From Octopus sinensis (lineage: Eukaryota): a stretch of 64,000 nt of DNA. The DNA is taken from positions 9,858,001-9,922,000 of the forward strand of contig NC_043008.1 of NCBI RefSeq assembly GCF_006345805.1, written 5' to 3'. The translations under genes were made by a program, and so were the position numbers. Positions 42,264 through 54,728 of this stretch are shown here, one piece after another; the stretch's first letter is position 1, and every line of letters begins with the position of its first letter. The notes under the pieces were generated by a model. The model had not been told where the DNA came from. It made no database searches and saw only the letters and a program-made list of their open reading frames with translations.

Positions 42264-43369
42264 ATACATACACACACGCACGCACGCACATACATACAGA
42301 TATACATACATACAGACAGATAGGCATTTAGCTAAAACTGGGCAGCCACAGACAATATCAGTGATTGTTTTCTGCCAACATTCACGTCTTTCATATTGTG
42401 CAGTAACGTTTTGATTTCGACTTCATTATATTCGTTTGGGGACTTCTATTATGAAGGATTTGCTTTTTTGCTGCTCTTGAATCTACTTCGATTTCTGTTT
42501 AGAGCTCTGTGATTCTCCGTTGCATTTTGTGCGATATTTACCGCCCCCGCCTGGTTCGTTCTTCGTGTTGTGTTTTCGGCACGAAGGAGATGCTTTTCCT
42601 GTCATTATCTTAAAATGACATTCTATATTCTTGCTTTCAGCTTAGTTTTTAGTATTTATTTAATAATTTTGTTAGCTTTTCTCCATTCTATTCACAACTG
42701 ATTATTATTTCAACTGCTCTTTTATATCTGTTAGCTTCCTTGAAGACTGAGAACAGGAATTTTCGTTTTGTTCTTATTTTTGTAGACAATTATAGTATTT
42801 TCTTTCGATATATACTAAATATTATGATATTCTAGCTGCAGAAAGTTCTTATGTCCCAGCCTAAGTGTAAATAAACTATTTCTAGCGTCAGGCAGAATAA
42901 AAATACCCTCATACCACTGTACTATTAAAGTGGTGGGGAACATTGATCGGATGAAGCTGATTGTCCGTAGGTACCGACACTAAGGTTAGGTTACATTAGA
43001 AGTGGCTAATATCAACAATTACATTACGAAATAAATACAGTACTGTACTTTTGATCAAGCACACTATCCAATCTGACAATGTAAAATACCTGTACACTGC
43101 AAATATTCACTAAAATACAGGTAATCCAGCATTTTAAATCAGACTTACCAGGGACAGTGGATAGATGTTGTTGATATGCTGTGGTTTTGTCCACTACTTC
43201 CGAAATCCGTGAAAGGGTGATCCCTAGTACCGAGGTATGAGTGTATATTTCAAAGGCACACAGCACTCGAACAGACCATTCGAAGAGATCACTCAAACGT
43301 GAATTCTTTTAATTCCCAAGAAACAAAACTATAAACCATCAACTGTTTTGTTTCTGTTTATAAAGCTGT

Positions 43370-43970
43370 AAGACAGCAGCTTGTAGACCTTCTTTCATCA
43401 TTTTTTAAAAATCGATCACGTGTGTCTTCTGTCGACGTTCTTCGCAGTGGTTGAACCAAAATGAAGCACCGAAAACCTTCCCTAAACCCGAGCTCTTCAA
43501 AGGGAAGGCTATGTTGACTGTTTGGTGATGTACTGCTGGACTCATCCACGATAACTCTTTAAAACCCGGAAAAACCATTACTGCAGAAACATATTGCCAT
43601 GAAATTTCCAAAATGAACGAAAAATGCTACCTCTCCGTCATAGACTTGTCAACAGTAGATGGCCAATCATTCTTCATGACAATGATCGACTACACGTTTC
43701 ACTAACGACGCTCCAGCAGTTGGGGGGACTTGGCTACGACGTTTTTCTCCACCCAGCTTATTCTCCAGACCTTTCTCCTACCGACTACCACTTTTTCAAG
43801 CACCTTGATGGTTCAAGCACCTTGAGTTCAAAAATCAAACCGATGCTGAAAGTTTGTTCAAAGAGTTCATCAGCTCCAGAACTCCAGATTTTTATGATAG
43901 CGAAATAAACAAACGTGTAACTCGTTGGCAAAAATGTGTTGATTGTAGTGGTACTTACTTTGATGAATAA
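43370..43970 (+). pseudogene. Mariner (D,D34D; Hsmar1/cecropia-like) transposase fragment
   Basis: RRSSQWLNQNEAPK..PKP..MLTVW..KPGKTITAETYC..IILHDN..HPAYSPDLSPTDYHFFKHLD..RWQKCVDCSGTYFDE*; contains stops, frameshifts and a deletion, no TIR seen. Confidence 0.92.
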
Positions 43971-44087
43971 AACTTCCGCATTGTTGAAATATATATATAA
44001 ACATACACACACACATACACACACACATGCATATTTATACATATATATACATACATGCATACATACATACATACATACATACATACA

Positions 44088-44123
<36 letters not shown>

Positions 44124-44589
44124 TATATATACAGTATGGCCGACTGGTTAACAGAATTGTTTCACAAATGTGGGGACACGAGGTCGATCCCACTACTAAT
44201 GACGGCCAGAAACATGTGTCCACAACTCTCCTCTTATCTCTCTACACAATGACCTGTCCTTTTCCTTAATGGCATACCAACTTTGGAGAACTTTTGCTTC
44301 TTGAAATTATCTCTCCTTCCTGAGTGGAGCTAATCTAAATTGCCATTTGATAATTGTGGCATATTCTCTAGCGAGGAGATATTTTAAATGACTCAAGAAT
44401 TTATGCTGTATGATATTTGATATACCTGTATTTGTCTATGTTCTTCAAATGCATGGCTCTGGTAAATCTGAGTTATTTTTCTTAGCTCATTTTCGTTCAA
44501 ATTTTGCAAATTACCTACGCCAGTCATGTGTTCTACTCCTTCTTGTATAAATTTAAATCCCTTAATTAATGGAGATAAGGTTCTACTTT

Positions 44590-44822
44590 ATTTCACGTTG
44601 CCCCAGTTCACTCAATTATAGAAATTAGTTGCGACGTCACTGGTGCAAAGCTGTATCGGCCTATTTGCCTTTCCCTTGGACAACATCGGTGGCACGGAGA
44701 AGGGGAGACTGGTATGTATGGACGACTGCTGGTCTTCCATAAACAACCTCGCTTGGATCTGTGCCTCGGAAGAGCACTTTTTAGATGACCCATTGTTATT
44801 CTTTACAAAAAGGTGTCTTTAT
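44590..44822 (+). mobile_element. Headless CORE-type SINE fragment with a different tail
   Basis: tttcacgttgccccagttcactc matches the CORE-like block of 22441-22610; the downstream gtcactggtgcaaagctgtatcgg... tail is unrelated to it. Confidence 0.6.
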
Positions 44823-45089
44823 TCGTATGTGTTGTAAAATTACAAGCCACCGCCCACTCTTAGTTATTTCTCATCGCTCATTTATACACACCTACGTATA
44901 CACACCTGCGTGTATGTATACTGGCGGGCATTATTCATTATTAATTATTATTAATTACTATTGCAATTATCGGCTGCATATGCAAACGAAAATGAATTCA
45001 TACAGAAATATATTTCATATGCGCGCGCGTGTGTGTGTGGGTGTGTGCGTGCGTGTGAGTGTATGCATGTATATATATATATATATATA

Positions 45090-45346
45090 ACCAAGGGTAC
45101 AAGTACCAGCGTTGTTAGAAATAAGAGTCGAAAAGTATTCAAATATGCCACAATATCGTTGTAAATTTAACAAGCTGACGTAATCGAGGAGCGAGTAAAA
45201 AGCCAATCTACCATTGCGGGGTAAAAATAACCCAAATGATTTTACAGGTATACCCATATCACGTGTTAAATTTACAGTGATATTGTGGCTTATTGGAATA
45301 TTTTTCGACTCTTATTTCTAGCAACGCTGGTACTTGTACCCTTGAT
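45090..45346. mobile_element. MITE with ~80-bp TIRs, TA-flanked
   Basis: caagggtacaagtaccagcgttg(t/c)tagaaataagagtcgaaaa... and its reverse complement at the other end; TA at 45088-89 and 45347-48. Confidence 0.9.
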
Positions 45347-45436
45347 TATAGATTTATATATATTCCATGACCGCGTGTGTATCGTTGGCGATTTTTTTCC
45401 TCCGTCTTCCCTTCCTTGGATCTTTCCTTTTCCTAT

Positions 45437-45570
45437 GTTTCTGATGAAGAGCTCCGCTCGAAACGTTAAATCCTCCTTCTTTCTTTCCTTTCCTGAGCGT
45501 CCAATAACACTATACTTGTTCCACGTCCTCGCGTTGTTGTGTTTTCTCTTTGTTCATGTGGATTAACTAT
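45437..45570 (+). ncRNA. Minimal Penelope-type hammerhead in a pLTR remnant
   Basis: GTTT-CTGATGA-A-GAGC(TCC)GCTC-GAA-ACGT-T-AAAT; intact core, palindromic ACGT stem III (dimer type). Confidence 0.65.
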
Positions 45571-45571
45571 G

Positions 45572-45633
<62 letters not shown>

Positions 45634-45980
45634 ATACACACACATTTATTCATATATATAAATATACGTACATACATACATATATATATATACGTACTGC
45701 CTTCGAAACACGCTTGAGTTAGCTAGTGACAGCTGATGACTGGGGATTTTTTCCTTGTGTGGTGTGTCCTGTACCTTGTTTTTCTGTTGTAAAAAATAAT
45801 GTTTTTCCCGTTTTCGTTTCGTCTCTGTTTTGTCCGTTTTCGTTTTTCGTTGAGTTCTACGTCTAGTTGCGGTGTCCTCTACTCACGTATATATATATTT
45901 ATATATGCATGTATATATACATGTAGATGTAGGTACGTACATATATGTTTTGTAGTATGCATATATTTTATTTATTACAC

Positions 45981-46013
<33 letters not shown>

Positions 46014-47024
46014 ATATATATTATATTATATATATATACGTACACACACTCACACGCACACAGACACACAAACACACACACATACACACATCTCTGTATG
46101 AATGTATTTTCGTTTGCATTGTAGCCGATATTTGCAATAATAAATAATAATAAATAATGCCCGCCATTATTGTTACAATTGATATTATTTTCATGCGTAA
46201 AGAATAACCGAATCGCAAAGAAATTAACAAAATAACTTGCGGTATTTATTTATTTATTTATTTCCGGTTTTACGTTCTGGCTTTAAATCCCGCTCAATTG
46301 ATTTTACCTTTCATGCTTAACAGCTTCGTTAAAATAAAGAACCAGTGATACGCTCCGGTCAATTTAATGAATTAACACTTACCCAACTTGCGGCCTTGCT
46401 TCGGAAATAATAATTATTATTATCGCCATCATCATAAACACTACCACATTCTTCAAACTCCTATTATCTTCAATATAAAGCGTACTGAAGTGATGTTAGA
46501 TCTAGTTATACGATACGTCTGTAATTTTCTGAGGTTGTCTCTCAAATCTCTGTACAAACAACAATTACTTTAAGTGGTTTAACGCTAATCTGTTGAATAG
46601 TTGTATAAGATTTCTCAACGGTAAGGTGTTACATATTGAAACTGTATAAGTTTCCAAGACTGTAATTTTCCAGAACAATATTCTGTTGCCTGCTATTAGT
46701 TCCATTTTGAAATGAAACAGCAGTAATCATGGATAGAACAAGCCTTACGACTTTATAATGACAAACAATAAAACCAAGTAACAAAAATACTTCTTTGGAT
46801 ATGTATGTTTGTGTTTAGACTTCTATCTTCTCGCTCTCTCTTTCTCGCTCTCTCTTTCGCTCTCTCTTCTTCCATTTCTCTATCTATCTATCTAGCTAGC
46901 TATCTGTCTGTCTGTCTGTCTATCAACACATATGTGTGTGCATATATTTGTGTGTATGTGTATGTATATATATATGTTTATATATATATAATACACATTC
47001 AAATACATATGGGTATACACATGC

Positions 47025-47108
<84 letters not shown>

Positions 47109-47261
47109 GTAATATACGTATATGTACATGTATATATACACAGACAGAGATATGTACAGATGTATGTGTATAAATATACATGTGTGTGTATAGGTTTGTG
47201 TGTATAGATATATATACATATACATATGTGTGCGTTGTGCGTGTGTGTGTATGTATGTATA

Positions 47262-47329
<68 letters not shown>

Positions 47330-47834
47330 TTTATGGCTGTATATGTACATACACGTATATATGATTGTATGTACACATGCATATATGTATAACTGTACTA
47401 CTTTTGTTCAGCTCAGAGCCATTTTACCATATTTCCACATAAAGTTACCTGGCAACAAAGAAGTAGAAATGAAAACACAAGCTCTCTCAATATGTGAGAC
47501 GGCTGAACAACTCGAGATCAACAACATTTGCATAAAACACATTTTGTTTTGGGTGGGGTGTTCCAGAAAACCGCAGTTGCTACTACTGCCTCAACCGTTA
47601 CTACTGCTGCGGCTACTGCTGTGGTTACTGCTGTAACCGCTGCTACCATTCTTGTTCTTTTTTGTCTTGTTCCGGAGCTGTGGATCGGCGCTCAACGATT
47701 TGTTTTTGTCATCCAACACGCTGTAATCGTGACCATTATCGTATTTTAAACAGTTTCGCTCTAGCTACAATAAAGGGCATCTCCTTTTGTTGTTGTTGTT
47801 GTTCTTGTTAGCTTTTAATCCAGGACAATCCTGC

Positions 47835-48009
47835 CTCTTTTACTCTCTTTCTCTCTTTTACTTGTTTCAGTCATTTGACTGCGGCCATGCTGGAGCACCA
47901 CCTTTAGTCGAGTAAATCGACCCCAGGACTTATACTTTGTAAGCCTAGTACTTTTTTGTATCGGGCTCTTTTGCCGAACCGCTAAGTTAGGGGGACGCAA
48001 ACACACCAG
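47835..48009 (-). mobile_element. SINE family B, 3' half
   Basis: ttacttgtttcagtcatttgactgcggccatgctggagcacc...gaaccgctaagtta. Confidence 0.88.
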
Positions 48010-48046
48010 ACAGACGAAATGCCGTCAAGAATTATATCCAGCGTGC

Positions 48047-48137
<91 letters not shown>

Positions 48138-48365
48138 AATAATAATAATAATATACGAATTCTATATTTGCCACAAGGGCAACACATAAGAGGATATTAT
48201 ATGAACGGATTACTAGATTATAATAAACGGTGGGGTTTTGTACCGATTAGATTCAGAAGAAAAAAAACCAACTCGGGAGCAGAAAACAACTGTACACTAA
48301 AGAAATGAAGGTTGGCGTCTCTGAAAAGGACACAACGTAGGGGTTAAATAGAAAGCTCCACAAAA

Positions 48366-49121
48366 CTAGGGTTACCCTTGACTACGAAGGGTAAATCCCT
48401 TCTCCTAGTTGTAATCTTCGACCAACAAGCACTAAGAAGCCCGTTCGCTCAAGCAATTCTCTCTACCGTTATTTTTCAACAAATTCAACAGAGAAAAACC
48501 GATTCGATCGCCACCGCCACCTTCCCCTTTATGTAGAACTTCAAGTTGATGAGGACATGGCCGAAAAAAAACAGTATGTGTTTAGTCTTGTTTATCTGAA
48601 ATAATATTTGATGTTCTGGAGTGATGATAACCTGCGGTTCTCTGCTTTTTGATTTCGATATTTGCAGAATAAAAAAAAATGGTTTGCCGAAAAAATGGTT
48701 TTCTGTTGTTTTTATTACTTAGGGTGTTGAAGGCGGTGATAGAAAGGTTGATTGGAGGGCAATATGGGTCAAGTCTGCATGAAAATAATCTCAGTACAAC
48801 GCCCACGTTGCGCACATACACGCGAGTACTGTCCAAATCTCCGACCAATCACATACAGCTAGCTGGCATTCAATTGGCGTATCAAGTTTCGGGCATTTTG
48901 ATTGGGTTTTGGATAGAAAATTCACAAAAATATCACTTCTGCTGATTTTTTAATGGCTTTGCGGGGTGACTGTGGAAATGTAAAGATGTGCACGACCACC
49001 CTTGGACGGTTTTGAATGACCATAGAAAGTGCGAGCCCTCTAACTGAAAAATTGTGGATTTGTATAAAGGACACACACACACACACACACACACACATAT
49101 TTTGCCGTTTATATAGAGAGA
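48366..49121 (-). mobile_element. Non-autonomous Helitron
   Basis: 5' A|TCTCTCTATATAAA at 49121 with an adjacent (GT)n; 3' hairpin ttaccctt/aagggtaa (48372-48394) and CTAG|T at 48366. The two ends are paired by inference. Confidence 0.6.
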
Positions 49122-49389
49122 TTATTAGGTGAAAGAATAGCTAAAGCGTCGGAAAAAATGCTTTGCGATATTTGTTCCGGTTCTTGCGTTCTAAGTTCAA
49201 ATTCCGCTGGAGTGAACTTTGTCTTTCATCTCTTCAGGGTCAATAAAATAAATCGCAAGCCAAGTACCAACATCGAGGTGATGGACCAAACTTCGCACCC
49301 AGAAACTGCTAGCCCTGGGTCATAATTTGAAACAATCATCATCATCATCATACATCTGAACTCCACTTCTAGACGATGTACACCACTAT

Positions 49390-49623
49390 AAAGGCGGCGA
49401 GCTGGCAGAATCGTTAGTACGCCGGGCGAAATGCCAGCTGTATGTCGTCTGCCGCTACGTTCTGAGTTCAAATTCCGCCGAGGTCGACTTTGCCTTTCAT
49501 CCTTTCGGGGTCGATAAATTAAGTACCAGTTATGCACTGGGGTCGATATAATCGACTTAATATGTTTGTCTGTCCTTGTTTGTCCTCTCTGTGTTTATCC
49601 CCTTGTGGGTAGTAAAGAAATAT
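49390..49623 (+). mobile_element. SINE family C monomer with 14-bp TSD, preceded by an older copy at 49140-49333
   Basis: atgtacaccactat at 49376-49389 and 49624-49637. Confidence 0.93.
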
Positions 49624-49929
49624 ATGTACACCACTATCGTTATTTCAATATTTCAGCTGCCATTTTAGTTCAAATAATCTGTCGACGTTTGGTTCTGTTG
49701 TATCCTGTACAGTTGATTACTTTCCGTTTCCGACACTAAACGCCCTCTGACCTTACGTAAATGTCTCCAATATTCTCCATTAGAACGGTTTTAGTTAACT
49801 TTTAAAGCGCAATCAATTATTGTTTCTTGAAAACACGACACCAGTCACCTCATGCTGTGTGACTACACGGGAATTGGCGAGAACACAACGTATTTACATG
49901 TTTATCAAGAAACTACGAAGTTGTTTGTG

Positions 49930-50260
49930 ACTTGGAAGGGGGTGGGAGGATGACTATGTGTGTGGGAGGAAGGAGGAGGAGGTATGGGAGGAAGCGGAGG
50001 TATGGGAGGAGGAAAAGGCAGATGTATGGGATGAGGTGGAGGAGGCGGAGGAGGAAGAGGAGGAGGTGTGAGAAGAGGAGGAGGTGTGGGAAGAGGAGGA
50101 GGTGTGGGAAGAGGAGGAGGTGTGGGAAGAGGAGGAGGTGTGGGAAGAGGAGGAGGTGTGGGAAGAGGAGGAGGTGTGGGAAGAGGAGGAGGTGTGGAAA
50201 GAGGAGGAGGTGGTGGTATGGGAAGAGGATGTATGGGAGGAGGAGGTGGAGGAGGAGGAG
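49930..50260. repeat. Purine-rich minisatellite, 18-bp unit ggtgtgggaagaggagga
   Basis: About 8 head-to-tail near-perfect units at about 50065-50210 with degenerate flanks. Confidence 0.95.
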
Positions 50261-50553
50261 TGTAGCGATTAACGGCTGTTCAACTAGATTTTTTTTTTAT
50301 AGATTGGGTCTTAAGAGAAAATGTGGGCGACTTGAGTTCGGATGGGATGGAATCCGGGTAAGAAACATTGTTTAGTGTGGACTTATGTGATGGGAAGCTT
50401 TACAGAAATGGGTGGATAAGGTGTAAATTCATCGTGTGTACTTGGGTGGTTTGGTGTATCGAATTTGAGACAAGCATATGACTACTGGCAGGATCAACCA
50501 GGTATTATCGCGATTCCTCTAATTCGCCTCCGAATTAAATACACAGAAATATT

Positions 50554-50991
50554 CTTTTCTACTTTAGGCACAAGACCCGGAATTTTGGGGGAGGGGCCCA
50601 GTCGATTAGATCAACCTCAGTATGCAACTGATACATCGATGCCGAAAGGATGAAAAGCAATGTCGACCTCAGCGGAATTTGACCTCAGATCATAAAGACT
50701 GACGAAATACCACTAAGCATTTCGTCCAGCATGCTAACGTTTCTGCCAGCTCACCGCCTTATAAATACACAGAAATATTGTCACGATTTTTGTCACCCGG
50801 CAATAATTTTAGGGAAGGGTTAAGTCGATTGCATAGACCCCAGTGCTAAACTGGTACTTTATTTTATCGACCCCAAAAGGAATGAAAGGCAAAATGGACC
50901 TCGGTAGAATTTGATCTCAGATCGAAAAGACGGACGAAATTCCGTTTAGCATTTTGTCCAGTCTGCTAACGCTTGAGCCAGTGCGTCACCT
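50554..50991 (-). mobile_element. Two tandem decayed SINE family C copies separated and flanked by the same 17-18-bp sequence
   Basis: taaatacacagaaatatt at 50536 and 50762; taatgcacagaaatatt at 50992. Confidence 0.85.
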
Positions 50992-51404
50992 TAATGCACA
51001 GAAATATTTGCAGCTACAAAGTATTATAAATCAAACAAGTCTATTTTGTTCGCAATTTTTGACATAATGTCTACAATTGTATTATAAAAGGTTTGATACA
51101 GAAACTGTATGGCCATCCGACTTTATTATGATAAATGACTACACAATGTTTTAAGTTGACACTCTAACAGCAGAAACTTTCTTAAATGAAATCTTATTCT
51201 TGACATGTAAATATATGAAATAAAGCGGGTAAGATTAAGTATATTGCTATATATTTATGGTGAGTTTTAAACCGAATATATTTGTGCTACAAAGACTTAA
51301 GTTATTTGATCTTTGCGTTTAATTTCACTCCACCCTCTATAAATGTATTACCTTAATGAAAGGTTAGCATATATATGTGTGTGTGTGTGTGTGTTGGTTT
51401 CGAA

Positions 51405-51638
51405 AAGGCGGTGAGCTGGCAGACACGATAGCGCGCCGGGCGAAATGCTTAGCGGTATTTCGTCTGCCGTTACGTTCTGAGTTCAAATTCCGCCGAGGTC
51501 GACTTTGCCTTTCATCCTTTCGGGGTCGATAAATTAAGTACCAGTTACGCACTGGGGTCGATATAATCGACTTAATCCGTTTGTCTGTCCTTGTTTGTCC
51601 CCTCTATGTTTAGCCCCCTGTGGGTAATAAAGAAACAG
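51405..51638 (+). mobile_element. SINE family C monomer
   Basis: Close to the consensus of the other copies in the window. Confidence 0.93.
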
Positions 51639-52100
51639 ATAATATTTTGACAAATTAAATTTAAATGTTGAAGTGAATCTAACGGTTTTTGTGTGTTCCT
51701 TAAATGGCTTATAAACACCTTCCACGCTGCAATTGTTTTCGTTCCAGCACACGATTTCAGATCAGGTCACTTGCTATGCAATTACATCTCTGTAATATAT
51801 AAAAGGGGTCTGTGGGAAAACTCGTTTAAATAAAAGCGTTGGGAACTACTGTGAAAAGGTCAAGTCATTACATATTTCTATAAATTCTCTACATGGACAG
51901 AAGTATGAGGGGCACTTGTCGTATGATTGTGGTCAACAAACCATAAGACATTTCGAAATAATTTTGATTTTCTTGTGTGCGAAGAGCATCACATATTCGC
52001 ACATAATTAGTTTCACAGTGAAAACCTTAAGTAGCAGTTTAACAACATCAAATTTTAGGCTTTCTAATACACGCAGTGTTACGTACACGTTTTCGTGATC

Positions 52101-52189
<89 letters not shown>

Positions 52190-52211
52190 CTCTCTATCTA
52201 TCTATTTCTAT

Positions 52212-52626
52212 GAGGTGTAGGAGTGGCTGTGTGGTAAGTAGCTTGCTTACCAAGCACACGGTTCCGGGTTCAGTCCCACTGCGTGGCACCTTGGGCAAGT
52301 GTCTTCTGCTATAGCCTCGGGCCGACCAAAGCCTTGTGAGTGGATTTAGTAGACGGAAACTGAAAGAAGCCCATCGTACATATGTATATATATGTATGTG
52401 TGTGTGTATTTTGTTTGTGTGTCTGTGTTTGTCCCCCCAACATCGATTGACAACCGATGCTGGTGTGTTTACGTTCTCGTAACTTAGCGGTTCGGCAAAA
52501 GAGACCGATACAATAAGTACTAGGCTTACAAAGAATAAGTCCTGGGGGTCGATTTGCTCGACTAAAAGGCGGTACTCCAGCATGGCCACAGTCAAATAAC
52601 TGAAACAAGTAAAAGAGTAAAAGAGC
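52212..52626 (+). mobile_element. SINE family B, full length
   Basis: Head, CORE-like ccttgggcaagtgtcttc, (gtaaaaga)n tail. Confidence 0.93.
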
Positions 52627-53518
52627 GAAAGAAATCGGCTGCGGGTTCAAATCTGAAGTGGGATGCACTTTTCCAAATACGGATTCCAAGACTAGGTACT
52701 AGAATATCTAATACCAGGCTAATGCGATGCATTGATCAGAGCAACATATCGGTGGCATCAATATTCATAAATGCGACCTCTGAAGCGACTCGAGATAAAA
52801 GCTACAACCTTCATCATCCTTCCGAAATAAGCATGAATCTCGTTAATTCGTCAAAAGATATCAATATTCAAATTGTAGCAAAATTTGATCTTTATCCGGA
52901 AATCTATGACTTGATATTTTCGGGCCAGATGACATCCTATTGTACACAATTCATCCCGTTTAATAATTCATATCCGTAAATCAAGGTTTTTACATATAAA
53001 CACGTAGTTTCGTTTCTAACCGTTCGCATTCAAAGATGAACTGATAAATTGATGACTGATCTTCTCTGAAACCTTCAGAACAAGACGCAAATGTGTGTGT
53101 GTGTGTGTGTACACGTTGTGTGTATGTGTGTGGGTGTGCATGTTGTAGAGGTTTACGCGCGTGCAGTACGCATTTTATTTCTTTATATTTTCTTTTATAT
53201 ACTTTTTAATATTTTTCCATTAATTTGGTTTTGTTGTTTGGAAGTTTAGAAGACAAAGAGAGAGGCAGAGAGAGAGACACGCACAAAGAGAGAAAGGGAG
53301 AGAGAGAGTCACAAATAGAGAAAGAGATAGAGAGAGGCAGAGTGGGTGTGTTTGTTTACTGTTTCAATAAGAAAATGTGGAAAAGTTGAATATTTTCAAA
53401 GCTTATGGACTTTCATTCTATCACTCCCTCTCATTCACTCTCCCTTTCTCCTGCACTTCCACATACGCATGCGCACACATGTATACACAAACACACACAC
53501 GTACACACATGCAAACAC

Positions 53519-53603
<85 letters not shown>

Positions 53604-53689
53604 AGTATATTAAAAGGGGACTGTAGGAAAACTTGCTTAACTAAAAGCGTTGGGAACCACTGGGTAAAACATAACAAGTCATTACATAT

Positions 53690-53820
53690 TTATTTCTTCA
53701 TTGCCCACAGGGAGCTAAACATATAGGGATCAAGCAAGGGCAGACAAAGGGATTAAGTCGATTACATCGACCCCAGTACGTAACTGGTACTTAATTTATC
53801 GACCCCGAAAGGATGAAAGG
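53690..53820 (-). mobile_element. SINE family C, 3' half
   Basis: gattaagtcgattacatcgaccccagt...gaaaggatgaaagg. Confidence 0.85.
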
Positions 53821-54149
53821 ATATATATATATAATATGAGGGAATATTATTCCAAACTTACAGGGAAAAATTCAATTAGGAAATACTAAATCAAATTTCA
53901 CAAAATATATATATATATAAATTTTTTTCTAATTTATATATATATATATATATTCTTTGACAAAAGTATTATTCAGAATGACTTTGAAGTTTCCGCGAGT
54001 TAAGCCATCTCCGAAGCTGGCCGAAACGTCGAAATCACTGACAATAATATTATAATATTCTTGGTCAAGAAATAAATTTGTACTCAACAAATATATAGAG
54101 TAACCCATCAGGTTAATACAAAATTGTATCATTATTATAAGTGAACACA

Positions 54150-54350
54150 AGAAAAGTGGTGAGCACACCGCGCAAAAACGCTTAGCGGCACTTCGTCCGT
54201 CTCTACGTTCTGAGTTCAGATTCCACCAAGGTGGACTTTGCCTTTCATCCTTTCGTGGTCGATGAATTAAGTACCAGTGAAACAATGAGGTGGTTGTAAT
54301 CGACTAGTCCCCTTCCCCAATATTTCGGGTTTTGTGCCTTTAGCAGCAAG
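54150..54350 (+). mobile_element. Diverged SINE family C
   Basis: gcttagcggcacttcgtccgtc...ctttgcctttcatcctttcg. Confidence 0.8.
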
Positions 54351-54509
54351 GATGATAACTGAACATAAAAATAAATATTGAGAAGGCAAACAGGTTTTGG
54401 GGATCTGATGATATGCCATAAAGCTAAACCCTTTATGGACGGAAAACCTAAAGTAATCCCATAAACCGGCATTCCCCATTTTCTATATATACTACTAGAC
54501 ACCTTAGAG

Positions 54510-54728
54510 CAGTGATTTTCAAACTTTTTGGTGGAGCGGAACCCCAAGGAAACATTTCACTGGCTCGAGGAACCCCTGTGCAATAATTTAATAGTCTTAT
54601 GCACAAATATCTGCACAGGAGACTTAAAACTTACTGCCGATTTTAGCAGTTTTGTAACTTCTTGCGGAACCCCAGGACTGTACTGGCGGAACCCTAAGGT
54701 TCCGCGGAACCCTAGTTGAAAACCACTG
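54510..54728. mobile_element. hAT (Charlie-like) MITE with 8-bp TSD
   Basis: TIRs cagtgattttcaa / ttgaaaaccactg; TSD ccttagag / ccttagat; repeated subterminal GGAACCC motifs. Confidence 0.9.

Noticed and set aside
42560-42830. A-rich minus-strand peptide resembling a LINE ORF2 linker
   Set aside because: Multiple stops and only compositional similarity.
49932-50375. Arg/Gly/Glu-rich ORFs resembling protamine or keratin-associated repeats; also considered as a CRISPR-like array
   Set aside because: An 18-bp purine minisatellite open in all three frames; there are no unique spacers, no splice context, and the DNA is eukaryotic.
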